Source of the DNA: Reclinomonas americana ATCC 50394
Taxonomy: Eukaryota
NCBI GenBank assembly: GCA_048213135.1
Contig: PS015098.1
Coordinates: 123,965 to 175,246 of the forward strand
DNA: 51,282 bases
Reading direction: 5' to 3'
In this document: positions 36,757 to 50,150 of the stretch, piece after piece
Layout of the letters: every line of letters starts with the position of its first letter
How positions within the stretch are numbered: position 1 is the stretch's first letter
Program-made: the position numbers and the translations under genes
Notes under the pieces: model-generated
Told to the model about the DNA's origin: nothing
The model's input: the letters and a program-made list of their open reading frames with translations, nothing else
The model's database searches: none

Positions 36757-39700
36757 TCACAGGAATTCCGTCCTGCGCAGGCTCATGAACTGCACCAGCA
36801 GCCACACAATGATTGCAAACAAGGGGATTACGGTGGCCCACTGGCCAAATACGTTCTGCCGCCGAACGAGCGCGCGCATCTGTCGGTTTTCTGCCTCGTA
36901 GGCCTCCACCAGTGACAAGAGCGAGGCAGCGGCCTCCTCGCGACGTGCCAGTGCTGTCTCGATTTTGCTCAGCAGTGCCGGTGGCACCGTGGACAACTGC
37001 TCCACCTCCTTTCCAACAACATTGTCCTCCACCTGTGCGCAAAAAAACAAGTGAGATTACAACAAAGCTGTGTGGGAGACATGGATGGAGAGACCTCGGT
37101 GGTGAGCGGCACAATGGCGGTGGCTGTCGACGGCCCAGCCGTGGGTGTGGTGACAAAAGTGAGCTTTGTCGGTCGCGGCACCGAGGCCACCACCACCGGG
37201 GCGGCGCGCTTCGCCTGCGATGTGTTGGGCTTGAGTGCCGACGCCAAGGGCGGAGTAAACGTGTCGTCGTGGCACATGGAGGAGATCATGTCACGCGGCG
37301 AATTGAAAACGGTCGACTTGTTGATGCCAGACACTGAGGTTCCGACCACCACCACATCCTCATCGTCTTCGTCGTCGTCATCGGCCTCCTTGGCAAAGTA
37401 CACGCAGTCGTCCTCCACCGAGGCGGCCACTCGAGCCACCACGTCAGTGTGCGGCACCGGCACCACGATTTCCTTCTCCACCTCGCCATCCTCGTCCACA
37501 GCGACGTCATCCAAGTTGTGCAAGGCCGTTGTGTCGCTCAGGCTGCTGTTCGTGCACTGCGAAATCGCCGTGACATTCGGCAGCCCGTACGCAAACGCGC
37601 GGGCGGCACTGCCGGTGCGCGCCGAGGCCACCAACGTGGAGTCGGGAGATGGCGACAGGGCGGCCAGCGACATGCCGGACTTGCCGGGGGTGACCGACAC
37701 CACAGTGAATGACGACGACGAGGCGGATGGCGATATGACCGAGTCATGCGTGGTGGTTTCTGTGGCGCTTGCGGGTGAGCAGAGGGTTGACGTCAAGAGG
37801 AGAGACATCAAGACACACAAACCGTCAGCAGCAATGGTAACCAGCGTCGAGTTGCCTTCGTCCTCGGGCGCTGTACGAGGAAAGGAATTTGGTCGATGGA
37901 GCACAGACACGCTCTTCCGCTCAGCACACTCACCGTCGTCGCGCGGCGCAGTCAGTTCCTGCCATCCGCGAGTGAGATTGGGAGACGGGGCAGGGGCGAG
38001 TGGCGGCGGCACTCCATCCATGGATGATCCCACAGGCACCCCGCCGCCTGCGGCAAACGACGAAGGTGGTGGCGGTGCAGGCGAGCTAATGTGCAACGAT
38101 CCGTTGGGTGACTGCCACATGCGATCGAGTACGCCCTCCAGGCGGCGAATGGTGGCACCCGGTGTCTCGCAGGCGGCGAGGCTGGTGCTGAGAGGCTATA
38201 TTTGTAAAGTGTGAGACGCGACCGGCCGGGCGATAAATGATGATGACGAAGAGCAGTGTGTGCATCTCACCCCTGCAACAGCGGCGGCGGTGGCGGGTGT
38301 CGGCGGTGCGGCGGCAGCCGGAGACGGGCTGCTGGCCACGTGCGCCTTTTTCGGCACGGCGACTTCGGGAGTTGCCTTGAGCGGTGTGTTGCGAGCGACC
38401 TTTTGCTTTTGGCGACGCGATGCCGACGACGCGGGTGTCTTGTTGAGGCTGTTGTCGGTCATGGGGGACAGCGGGGTGCGAGTGACGGCCGAGAGGTTGG
38501 CGCTGCGCGTCTCGCGGAGGGGGGAGGGGGTTTCGATGCCCTGATTGAGGGGAAGGAGAAGGGGGGAGTGAGGGAAAGGGGTGTGTGGAGGAAGGGGATA
38601 GGGGAAGGGTTTGAGGGGAAGGGGGTGAGGGGGAAGAGACAGAGGCACTGTACGAGCAAAAAAAAACAGAGAGAAGCAGAGACGGAATCAGAGAGAGGGA
38701 ACGAGAGCCTGAAGCGCAGCACGAGCCAGGAAGAGTAGAGAGGAGCAGAGACGGTATCAGACAGAGGGAAGGGGAGCCAGAGAGAAGCAGAGACGGAATC
38801 AGAGAGAGGGAAGGGAGACGAGGTGCACGTACCGCAAAGAACAGAGAGAAGCAGAGAGGGGTGAGGGGAAGGGGGATAGGAGGAAGGAGCGGGGAAGAAG
38901 GGAGGGGGGAAGGGAGAAGGAGAACGGGAAACACGGGTTCGGTGAGAGGAGAGGAACGGTCCATGAGCGATGAAACATCGCGAAGACAAGAGAGGGCGAA
39001 CAGAGTCGACTGCCATGAGATGGCGACACAGGTTACTGCAGCATGATTAAGGGTCTCAAGTGCGTGAGAGTAGAGACGTCGGCGAACCGAGACCGCATCA
39101 TTGGAGAAAGCAGAACGAGAACACAGGAGAGCCATGATAAACGACAAGTGTGCTTGGTAGAGAACGAAGCCATCAACAATACGGATCGCAGGAGGAGAGA
39201 ACTGAACAAGGAAGGCGATGAGCACGACAGATCGCGTTGCGAAAGAAGGAAGGGTGCTTGTGAGAGAACCGAGTCGATAACTTGGAGAACGCAGATCGCA
39301 ATGGATCGCAAAGGAGAGAGGCGTAACGTGCGGGAGTAGAGCTGCACAGAGAGAACAACCCGTAAAGAAGAGATGACTTGAGTGGCGAGAAGAAGAAGAA
39401 CAGAGGCGATCAGCTTGAGAGACTGCGACTCAGCTCAACGCAGAAGGAAAGAGTACTGAAGAAGGCGAATGTCACTGCGAAAGATGGAACCTCACAAGGC
39501 ACAAGAGTGAAAGCAGCGTTGAAGATCAGTGCCCTCTCAACGCCCTCCTCGGCAATGACGAGAGGCTGGTACACAAGAGACCGTACAAACGTGGCTGCAG
39601 AGTGCGTCACACACACGCACACACCTGGCGATTGCTCATTCGAACGTGCACAAGAACAGGAACAACAATTCAACAACAAAACGTGCTGTCTCCCACTCCC

Positions 39701-40068
39701 ACTCTTCCCTTTCGCTCGCGCACGTGCACTTGTCCGCTCCACTCTTCTCCGCACGCAACTCTCATGGCCTCCTCCTCCTCCTCCGCCACCTTTCTCCGCT
39801 CCAAATCCCGTTGCAACGGCGTCTTACCACCCTGCAGTCCCGTAATCACACGCTCCGCCTCGCGCCCACCCACCGGAGGCTCCAGCGCACGAATCGCAGT
39901 CGCAGCAGGCTGACGCGGAGTGCGCATCACCATGGCCGCCCCGACGACCACTGGCGACTCAATCGTGTTCTCCTGAAACGAAAAGTTGTTGCGTGCAGGC
40001 GACGTGCGCGACGGCGACTTGTGCATGCCGCGACTGAATCGCCCAGGCTTCACTGTGGCGCTGTACAT
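36757..40068 (-). CDS. Large disordered SP/TP-rich protein with C-terminal coiled coil and single TM (tail-anchored); 5' exons tentative
   Basis: The last exon encodes KIETALARREEAAASLLSLVEAYEAENRQMRALVRRQ then WATVIPLFAIIVWLLVQFMSLRRTEFL*. Upstream in-frame exons lie at about 38542-38271, 38196-37095 (two short introns) and 40068-39760. Confidence 0.6.
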
Positions 40069-40218
40069 TGCAGATGGGAGAGAAAGTCTTTTCTCGCGCA
40101 ATGCCACAAAACCTGTGTAACGTTCGCGAAATGGCGGAAGTCAAATTGCAGATCATCGACGACAACAATGGGGAAGGTGGACGTCTGAGGCCTTGGGGAA
40201 GATGCTGACTTGGTCTAA

Positions 40219-40284
<66 letters not shown>

Positions 40285-41063
40285 GTGTGACGACGAACGA
40301 ACCGCGTCGTCGTACGTCCGTGGTACGACTACCACGCGTCGTCGTCCCTCTACTCTACCTCCTACCCTTACCCACCCTCCGTCCCGCCGNNNNNNNNNNN
40401 NNNNNNNNNNNNNNNNNNNNNNNNNNNNNNNNNNNNNNNNNNNNNNNNNNNNNNNNNNNNNNNNNNNNNNNNNNNNNNNNNNNNNNNNNNNNNNNNNNNN
40501 NNNNNNNNNNNNNNNNNNNNNNNNNNNNNNNNNNNNNNNNNNNNNNNNNNNNNNNNNNNNNNNNNNNNNNNNNNNNNNNNNNNNNNNNNNNNNNNNNNNN
40601 NNNNNNNNNNNNNNNNNNNNNNNNNNNNNNNNNNNNNNNNNNNNNNNNNNNNNNNNNNNNNNNNNNNNNNNNNNNNNNNNNNNNNNNNNNNNNNNNNNNN
40701 NNNNNNNNNNNNNNNNNNNNNNNNNNNNNNNNNNNNNNNNNNNNNNNNNNNNNNNNNNNNNNNNNNNNNNNNNNNNNNNNNNNNNNNNNNNNNNNNNNNN
40801 NNNNNNNNNNNNNNNNNNNNNNNNNNNNNNNNNNNNNNNNNNNNNNNNNNNNNNNNNNNNNNNNNNNNNNNNNNNNNNNNNNNNNNNNNNNNNNNNNNNN
40901 NNNNNNNNNNNNNNNNNNNNNNNNNNNNNNNNNNNNNNNNNNNNNNNNNNNNNNNNNNNNNNNNNNNNNNNNNNNNNNNNNNNNNNNNNNNNNNNNNNNN
41001 NNNNNNNNNNNNNNNNNNNNNNNNNNNNNNNCCTCTAACCTCGTTTCGTCGTGCGTCTCTGCG

Positions 41064-41103
<40 letters not shown>

Positions 41104-41112
41104 GTGTGTGTG

Positions 41113-41175
<63 letters not shown>

Positions 41176-41186
41176 GTTGTGCACAG

Positions 41187-41744
41187 AAACCGCGCTCGAG
41201 TCCTGGTCGATCACCAGCTGGTCCCTCATCATCACCTTCACCCCATCCCGCGCAGTCTGCGGCAGCCGCAGCGGGGCCTACCAGTCCGCTGGCTGCGCAG
41301 ATGCATGTGATTGAAGTACGTGTGCACACAGTCACACAACACTTGTCTCTCTCTGCTGTCTCTCATTCGCCCCCCCCCCCCTCCTCACACACTCTCTCTT
41401 GTCCGTCTCTCTCTCGCGCGCTCTCGCTCTCTCTCTCATTCATTCTCCCATCGACACGTCAACTGACACACGAGATGCGCACAGGAGAAGCAAGCAGAGC
41501 TGAGGCGGGTTGTGCAAAGCCTCAGTGACAAGCTGCACGACGACAGTTCAACGATCGTTGTCTCGGTGTGCTTGCGTTTCTCGCTTAATTGTGTGTTTGT
41601 GTGAATGTGCATCTGACAACTCTCGCGCAGTCGTCGAGTGGCGCGCTTCTTGTCAACACGTTGCTCGGCGTCATCATCATTCTCCTGTTGTGTATGATAT
41701 TCTTGTGGAAGCATGTCAATGGTCCGGCGTGGTTCTTGCCGTGA
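41187..41744 (+). CDS. 3' exons of a coiled-coil plus TM protein; most of the gene lies in gap 40390-41031
   Basis: In-frame exons KPRSSPG..QMHVIE | EKQAELRRVVQSLSDKLHDD | SSSGALLVNTLLGVIIILLLCMIFLWKH... A possible first exon is MAEVKLQIIDDNNGE at 40131. The end is uncertain because the TGA overlaps a GTGAGC donor. Confidence 0.5.
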
Positions 41745-41854
41745 GCCGGGGGGAGGTTGGTGACGGGAGTGAGAGAAATGAAAATGTGAGGTGGTGTCGG
41801 AGAGGCGCAGGTGAGGTGCAGGGAATGGAGGACGCGGATTCTTGTAGGCGACAG

Positions 41855-42155
41855 GGAGGACGAGAGAGGGAGAGCGCAAGAGGCTTGAAGCAGCGCACAG
41901 GAGGATTGAAGAGCAAGAAGGGAGAGAAAGGGCGATTGCATGAGAGGTCAGAGGCGGAGCCGTGACTGAGGACGCAAAACAGAAGAGAGAGGGGAGAGAG
42001 AGAGAGAGAAAGAGGGAGGACGAGAGAGGGGGAGTGCAAGGGGCTTGAAGCAGCGCATAGGAGGATTGAAGAGCTTGGCAGGCAGAGAGAAAGAGGGAAG
42101 AGAAAGGACGATTGCATGAGAGGTCAGAGACAGGGCTGCAGCTCAAGAGGTGAAC

Positions 42156-42203
<48 letters not shown>

Positions 42204-42925
42204 NNNNNNNNNNNNNNNNNNNNNNNNNNNNNNNNNNNNNNNNNNNNNNNNNNNNNNNNNNNNNNNNNNNNNNNNNNNNNNNNNNNNNNNNNNNNNNNNN
42301 NNNNNNNNNNNNNNNNNNNNNNNNNNNNNNNNNNNNNNNNNNNNNNNNNNNNNNNNNNNNNNNNNNNNNNNNNNNNNNNNNNNNNNNNNNNNNNNNNNNN
42401 NNNNNNNNNNNNNNNNNNNNNNNNNNNNNNNNNNNNNNNNNNNNNNNNNNNNNNNNNNNNNNNNNNNNNNNNNNNNNNNNNNNNNNNNNNNNNNNNNNNN
42501 NNNNNNNNNNNNNNNNNNNNNNNNNNNNNNNNNNNNNNNNNNNNNNNNNNNNNNNNNNNNNNNNNNNNNNNNNNNNNNNNNNNNNNNNNNNNNNNNNNNN
42601 NNNNNNNNNNNNNNNNNNNNNNNNNNNNNGAGAGAGAGAGAGAGAGAGAGGGAGACAGGGCTGAAGCTCAGGAAGGCGGGAGAGAGAGAAAGGAGGCAAG
42701 AGACTCGGAAGTGTCAGCGACAGAGTACAAGTGAGAAATACTGGGCGATTGCATGAGGCGGATACAATGCTGCAGGTGACGAGGCGAAGACGTAAAAAAG
42801 AAAGAAGGAAAGAGAGAGAATGGAGTCAAGGGATACAGAAGTGTCAGCGACAGAGTGCAAGTGAGAAATACTGGGCGATTGCATGAGGCGTGATATAATG
42901 CTGCAGGTGACGAGGCGAAGACAGA
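41855..42925. repeat. Purine-rich duplicated blocks and (GA)n
   Basis: About 41855-41952 is similar to 42015-42129. GAAGTGTCAGCGACAGAGT.CAAGTGAGAAATACTGGGCGATTGCATGAGGCG occurs at about 42708 and 42838. Confidence 0.85.
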
Positions 42926-43660
42926 AAAAAGAATGAGAGAGAGAGAAACAGGCTGAGCGATGTAGGCACGAGATGCTGGAGGAAATACAGAGAGGCGAGA
43001 CGGAGCCGATGCTGAACAGGCGATACAGGCATAACACGGCACAGCTCCAAGCAGAGAGGACAGAGAGAGAAATAAAGGGGGGCGGAAGGGTGAGGAAGAA
43101 AAAGAAAGCAGTCGAAGCAGGAAGGCATCATGAGGGAAGTAACACAGGCGAGAGACTGAGCGATTGGAAGCTCAGGAGCCGAAAACACGCAAACAGCAAA
43201 GCTTGGCAGGCAGAAGCAGCAAGTGCAATCCAAGTTCCTCTTGCCAGGAAGTCCGGCGACAACTCTGTCGCGATTGAGGGGATTCATGCTCTCATGTTGC
43301 TTACGCACTTCTGTGCGAGTGACTGCGTACGTCGCAAGTGCCTCCCTGCGCGACGGAGAATGTCTTTGATGAGACGACATCAAACATCGTGTTCGCTCTC
43401 GGATCAATGACAAATCGACAGCGGCGGTCTGCATCAGCTCCATAGCACCGTGGATTCCACGCACCTGATCAGCTGGCGAAGAGCAGTGCAAAGACACACT
43501 GTGCTTGCAAAGAGGGTCCGGTTTGATGACATCTGTTCAGATTTCCCAACCGCTTCCCTCTCATTCCCCTCTCCTCTCCTCTGCCTCTCCCCACCCCTCC
43601 TCTCCCTCTCCACCTACACAGTCAAACATCTGTACATTTCTTAAAAAAACACAGCACGCT

Positions 43661-44028
43661 TTAACACATCAATCTCCTCCGCGTCGCCGCATCAATGCTC
43701 ATCAGCGGGCATCCACCCGACCTCCGCATCTGCACATTGGCAGAGGGCGCATCTTGTTGCATCGCCTTTTCTTCGTGTTTCCTGCTCTCTGCCTCTGATG
43801 CAGGCGCGGCAGTGTTGCTGCTGTTCCACCACACACACAGACGCGCCCATGCGTCCATGGCGTAGGCCGCCACTCGTCGCCAGCCAATGAGTACAAGCAG
43901 TGCGGCCATGGAGAACAAGAGGATCTGCAACATGGAAGGAGAAGGGGGAGTGAGTGGAAAACAGCAGCAGTGTGACCGTTGCAAAGTTGTGCGCTCTCAA
44001 TCACCTTGAACGGGCAAGCGGTGACCAT
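43661..44028 (-). CDS. Small (95 aa) single-TM protein with two Cys-Pro motifs
   Basis: Exon 44028-44005 encodes MVTACPFK. A GTGATT..CAG intron follows. Exon 43924-43661 encodes ILLFSMAALLVLIGW...SGGCPLMS..RRRLMC*. Confidence 0.6.
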
Positions 44029-44999
44029 TGTTGTTGTGTTGTTGTGTTGTTGATGAGAGGGAAAGGAGTGGAGGTTGTCTTGGCTCGAGAGAGTGTGTTG
44101 GAAATGTGGTGGGTGGACTTGTGGATTTTTGTCGCCTTTTGTGCGCAATCGATCCGCGATGATGATCGGTTGTGCGCTGCAAATTTGCGGTGTTCGGATC
44201 ATCAAAATCGCGACGCGCGACGTCGTGATGTCGGACACCAACCTACAGCACGCCGGCTCTCTCTCTCTCTGCTTCTGCATGCAGAGGGGCGATGGTGATG
44301 CTCAAGAGTGCGGGCACGCGCAGAGTGCCAGCAGTCGCGCGCGATATCGATTTTATTGCAGCCGAACAATTTCGAAAGGTGCTTCGAAATGCTTCCGGAT
44401 CCCGTCCTGGTCGTTGCCCAAGTGAGCCACTCGCACCCCAGGTTTCCGCACCGGCTTCTTCCTTGCGGCAAGCAGAATAAGAGTGTGTTGGAGTTGGATT
44501 GGCAAATATCGAAATATTAATCTCAATGTGACGTCGTGTGCAGAGCGACGCAGACCATCAACAACAGTAATGCAGCAAGCACCCAAGTGCAACACTACTC
44601 TCGGTGTCTTCAAGAGTTGTTCTGGAAAGTCACAAGGCTGACGGAAAAATCGATCGCGACGTTGACATGCGTCCCTCATGATCACTCCTTCTTCACTGCA
44701 GCTGGCACGCAAGCGATGAGCGTCAACGAGTGATCGCACTCACAGTTGGCACTGTCATACTCATCCACTGACTACTCATTCGCTCCCAACATCCCCGCAC
44801 CGCACCTCCACTCTGCTTCTCCATCTCTCACTCTCCCTCTCTCCATCAAACACCCTCACTCACAGTTGGCACTCTCTCACTCATCAACTCACTACTCATT
44901 CACGCAAGCTCCACTCGAAGTTGCTCAAGGAGGTTGCATGTTTTGAGTGTGTTTCAAAGTTTACACAATCTCTCACCCTCCTTTGACCACGTGCAGTCC

Positions 45000-46211
45000 A
45001 TGACCCACTCTGCACCAGACGAGCTTCAGCGCATCACACTGTCATCGCCTGTGTGCGGCCTCTGTCAGTCATCTGATGGTCGGCGCCTGGCGGCCATCTG
45101 TGAAGAGGGCGGAGGGACCATTGTGGAATTCACCTGCTCTCGCCCTCCACAACGGCGAGTCAACCCCTCGACCATCTTCCTGTCTCCAGTGTGCTCCATG
45201 GCGTGGATTCCGCAAGGAGACGACGATGGCAGTGCGATTGTGGGTGACTGGGCAGGGTGTGTCGCCCGTGTGGATGGGAGCTGGAGAGTGGCGTGGGCCA
45301 AAGACACCGGCGATGCTGAAGTCGTGAGCGTTTGCGTGTCGCTTGATGGCTCCTCGTTTGTGACAGTCGTGCGGAAGGCAACCGCATGTGCCTGGTCTGT
45401 CGACACTGGCGCTCTCTTGTGGAAAAAGTCGTTTCCTAATACCACGGCCTACTCCGCCGCGATAACGCGAGACGGCAACGTGCTTGTGACCTTGGACAAC
45501 GACGCTTACGTGCTGCACATCTCCGACGGCCGTGAGCTGCACAGATTACCGCATCCGCTCGGGGAGACAGCGTCGTGTGCCGCATCTCCCGCTGCAGATC
45601 TGGTCGCCACCGCCGCCTCTGATTACCGACTGCGGTTGTGGTCCGTCGTGACGGGGAAACTGCTGCAGACACTGACAGGCCACACGGACTTGGTGAGCGC
45701 GCTGGCATTCTTTCCCTCGGGGGCGCTCCTTGCCAGTGCTTCCTACGGTTCGTCGGCGCATAGTCTTCATTTCTGTCATCGTGATGCTGACCACTTTGCC
45801 GCAGACCGCTCGGTTCGCATCTGGTGCCCATCCACTGGTGAACAACTCCAGCTGCTCAAGGGCCATCATGCAGTGGTGTGTGGCCTTTTGATTTCAAACT
45901 TGAACGGCCTGCCGGTGAGCTGCGCGCTGGACGGAACGATCCGGGTGTGGCAGACCGATTCGGCCAAGTACGAAGTCGAGCTCGCCAAACGGGAGTACGA
46001 CGTGGCGAAGGCGGCCCGTGATGTTGTCAGAGAACTGGCGGCGGCGGATGGCAACTACGCCCTGGCATTGCTTGCCCTCGATTGCTTTATCGTGGAGGAC
46101 GCTCGAGTTCGGTTGTGGAACGCCGGCTGTGCACTCACCGATGCTCACGGTATTCGCACCGATTTGCTTCTCAGTGGTGCTACGCAGTCACTCAAACGCA
46201 TCTTCGTGTGA
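45000..46211 (+). CDS. WD40-repeat protein with a helical C-terminal extension
   Basis: LRLWSVVTGKLLQTLTGHTDLVSALAF, LLKGHH and DGTIRVW. A 57-nt intron at 45748-45804 (GTTCGT..CAG) restores SASY|DRSVRIW. Confidence 0.85.
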   Translation: MTHSAPDELQRITLSSPVCGLCQSSDGRRLAAICEEGGGTIVEFTCSRPPQRRVNPSTIFLSPVCSMAWIPQGDDDGSAIVGDWAGCVARVDGSWRVAWAKDTGDAEVVSVCVSLDGSSFVTVVRKATACAWSVDTGALLWKKSFPNTTAYSAAITRDGNVLVTLDNDAYVLHISDGRELHRLPHPLGETASCAASPAADLVATAASDYRLRLWSVVTGKLLQTLTGHTDLVSALAFFPSGALLASASYGSSAHSLHFCHRDADHFAADRSVRIWCPSTGEQLQLLKGHHAVVCGLLISNLNGLPVSCALDGTIRVWQTDSAKYEVELAKREYDVAKAARDVVRELAAADGNYALALLALDCFIVEDARVRLWNAGCALTDAHGIRTDLLLSGATQSLKRIFV

Positions 46212-47005
46212 CACAGCGATTCCAACTCCCATGCTCCCTCTTGTCGACGTGCCGGCTTCGTCACAGCGGCCACCGCCGGTTACATATGTGCCACCTTATC
46301 CTACCGCACTTTCAACAGCTGCCGTGTGACCCCTCGTCGCCGCCGTGCAATATCGACGGTCCGCGGCAAGTGTAGACGGAAGAAGAGCGTGTCACATTCC
46401 ATGTGTCTTGAGCGATCGCTTGCTGCAACCTGAGGGAACATCACGTATGGAGTTTGAGTTGGCGTTTCTGTGTGCTTTCGCTTGTTCGTGATGGTGTCGC
46501 GATTAGACAGCGATGCAGAACATCAGCAGTTATGCAGCATGGATCTGAGTCTCGAGTTGTTCCAAAAGCCACAAGTACAAATATCGATATATATTACCAG
46601 TTGGTATCGCGATCAATATCCTGCTGCTCCACCCTCCCTCCCTCTCCTCTCCTCTCCTCCTCTCCCCACTTTCCGCTACACACCATAAGCATCGCTCCAC
46701 CCACACTCCAAGTTTCTCCGTCGGACCACAATTTGGGACCGGCAATTTCAATCTTTAGTGCGAGAGAAGGAAAGGCCGTGTCACCTAATAATCAGCTCAC
46801 TCACGCGGCGGCCTGATTCACCCGCGCGCACACCCACTTGCTCACACACACACACCCTCTCCCGATCCACTCAACAACAACCGCAGTCGTGTTGGTGCGT
46901 TCGCTTGTCTTGTCTCAGGCACCAACGCAAAAAAATGTCCCAGACTCATCAACATTTGAACGCGCGCAGACTCTCTCTCACTTCCTCTCACACACACAAC
47001 CAACC

Positions 47006-48921
47006 ATGGGCTGCGTTAGTGGCAAACCTGTAATGGCCAGTGCTGGCACACAATCCAACGAGCCGCACCACGCCAGCTCGCCCGTCCAACGAGAGCGCAT
47101 CATTGTCCCGACTGCTGCAGTTCTCAATGCCGTCGCCGCCGGCAGACAAACCCGACAGGCACAACAACAGCAACAGCAACAACAGCAGCAGCAACAACAG
47201 TTGCAAGAGCACGTTCATCAGCGTCGTCGTCGTGGCAGCGTGGCCAAGGACAATGATGTCGAGGACAACAACAACAACAGGTTGACGCGACACAAGACGG
47301 TGGCGGCCTTGGTGACGACAACGTCGACTCCGCGTGGGAGCAGTAGCCGTGTGGGCAGGACACTTTCGTTGCGTTGGCAGGGACGGAGGCGGTTGGAGAA
47401 GTGTTTTGTTTGTTCCGTCTGCATGTATGTGTCGTGGGCGGAAAGCGAGGTGAACTGCAGCACTCACATCTTGTTGTTGTTGTGTGTGCAGTGATGTGAA
47501 GGCCATTAGCAAGTGCGCGTCATCTCCGTTGCGTCTGGGTGTCAGTGTGACGATCATCTCTCTTGAAAAGGCAATCTCTGTCTCCCTGCAGCGAGCTTGT
47601 TCGAATGCGCCCCTTCTCAGCCTCACTCCTCTTACTCTCGCACCTCTTCCTCATAAGTCTCAGTTCGGAAAGACTGCTGCTTGTCCCTTTTCTCAGTCGC
47701 TTCTTGTTCAGATGCTCCTCGTTGTCGATTCTGCCTCAGCCTCCCTTCTTTCTCTTGCACCACTGTGCCTGTTCCTCCTCAGCCTCTGTTCAGACAGACT
47801 GCTGCTTGTCCCTTCCTCAGTCGCTTCTTGCTCAGATGCTCCTCGTTGTCGATTCTGCCTCAGCCTCTCTTCTTTCTCTTGCACCACTGTGCCTCTTCCT
47901 CCTCAGTCTCTGTTCAGATAGACCACTCTCTGTCCCTTCCCCCCCCCCTTCTCAGCCCACCCCTTATTTCTCTCGTCTGCGTCCCTGCTTTCTCTCTGTT
48001 CAGGGACACCGCTGTCTGCCCCCTCAACAGTCGCTCTTTGTCATTCTCCTGTTGAAATGCTTCTCTGTCCCCCTTCCCAGCCCCTTTCTTTTATTCTCTC
48101 GCACTTCCCTCCTCAGTCACTCTTCAGATAGACTGCTGCCTGTCCCTTCCTCAGTGGCTCCTTGTTCCGATGCTCCTCTACGTATTCTCTCGCACCTCTG
48201 CACCTCTTCCTGTTCAGATGCACTGTGTCGTCTCCATGTTCAATGTACATTCCCCTTTCCCTTCCCCCTTCTCCCTTCTCCTTTTCCTCCCTTCCCCTTC
48301 CCCTATTCCCTTTCCCTCACTCCCTCCCCCTTTCTCCCCCTCCAGTGTGCGCAACAGAAAACGTGGCACCAGCAGCGGCGACTGTTACGCACCCTCCGTG
48401 GTCTCCATGGCCGGCAGCAGCACCGTCACCAGCAGCCAGCTGACGCCAAAGACCGGCAAGCGCAGCGGCGACGGCAGCAGTGGCACGCAGAACCTCGACG
48501 CGTCGTACTCGGACAGCGTGCCGACCTCGGTGGACGAGAGCAGCACCGTGGATATGAACGGATCGGCGCCGCAGTTGACCTCGCGCCGTCCGTCGCTAAT
48601 CGTGGCCGACATTGCGCGACGCATGCGGTCAGTCTTCTTCTATTGATTGTATTCTCCTGCTCGACAGGGTGCTGACTGTGTGTTGCATGGCAGACCGATG
48701 GCACAGCGCACCATGTCGGTCTCGGATCTGTCGTCGTTGGTGTCGAGCAAGGTGTGGCACGCTTACCGTTCTGCTCGTCTTCTCCCTCTCTGTCGTCCTC
48801 ACAAGCAAATCTCCTTGGACAGAGTCTCTGCTCTCCCGGCGTGCAACGATGCATGGCGGCGGACGAAATGTCGTCGGCACGGGCGAGTCCGTCGGCATTC
48901 CGGGCGGTGAACAGTGTTTAA
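47006..48921 (+). CDS. Disordered protein with an MGC dual-acylation start, polyQ and several basophilic kinase sites
   Basis: Exons 47006-47367, 47492-47512, 48346-48627, 48694-48751 and ~48822-48921. Start MGCVSGK. Sites RRRRGS, RKRGTS, RRPS and RTMS. The last exon is uncertain. Confidence 0.6.
47672..47920. repeat. Two tandem ~125 bp intronic copies
   Basis: GACTGCTGCTTGTCCCTT..CTCAGTCGCTTCTTG.TCAGATGCTCCTCGTTGTCGATTCTGCCTCAGCCTC is duplicated. Confidence 0.9.
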
Positions 48922-48934
48922 CTTTCTTTTCGTG

Positions 48935-49970
<1,036 letters not shown>

Positions 49971-50150
49971 CAACCAAGAAATATCAAGTGTGTGCTTCAA
50001 AAAAAGAAGACAGGCAGGGGGGAAAAACATTAACGATTAGTCGCTCTGTGATCAGACCAACACCCTTCCCTTTCATTCTCTCTCTCATCTCTCACTTTCT
50101 CCTCTCTCTCTCAACAACAAAAAAATATAAATCGCGTGTGTGTGTGGCAC

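Noticed and set aside
37051-38214. 387-aa plus-strand ORF
   Set aside because: Antisense shadow of the minus-strand gene, which has coherent splice sites and a TM-encoding last exon.
41710-41744. KASH-like tail KHVNGPAWFLP after a TM helix
   Set aside because: The luminal part is too short, lacks the terminal PPPx, and the stop overlaps a likely GTGAGC donor, so the true C-terminus is unknown.
42844-43497. 217-aa minus-strand ORF
   Set aside because: No recognisable motifs or consistent exon chain, and the 3' half runs through repeats. A small gene here cannot be excluded.
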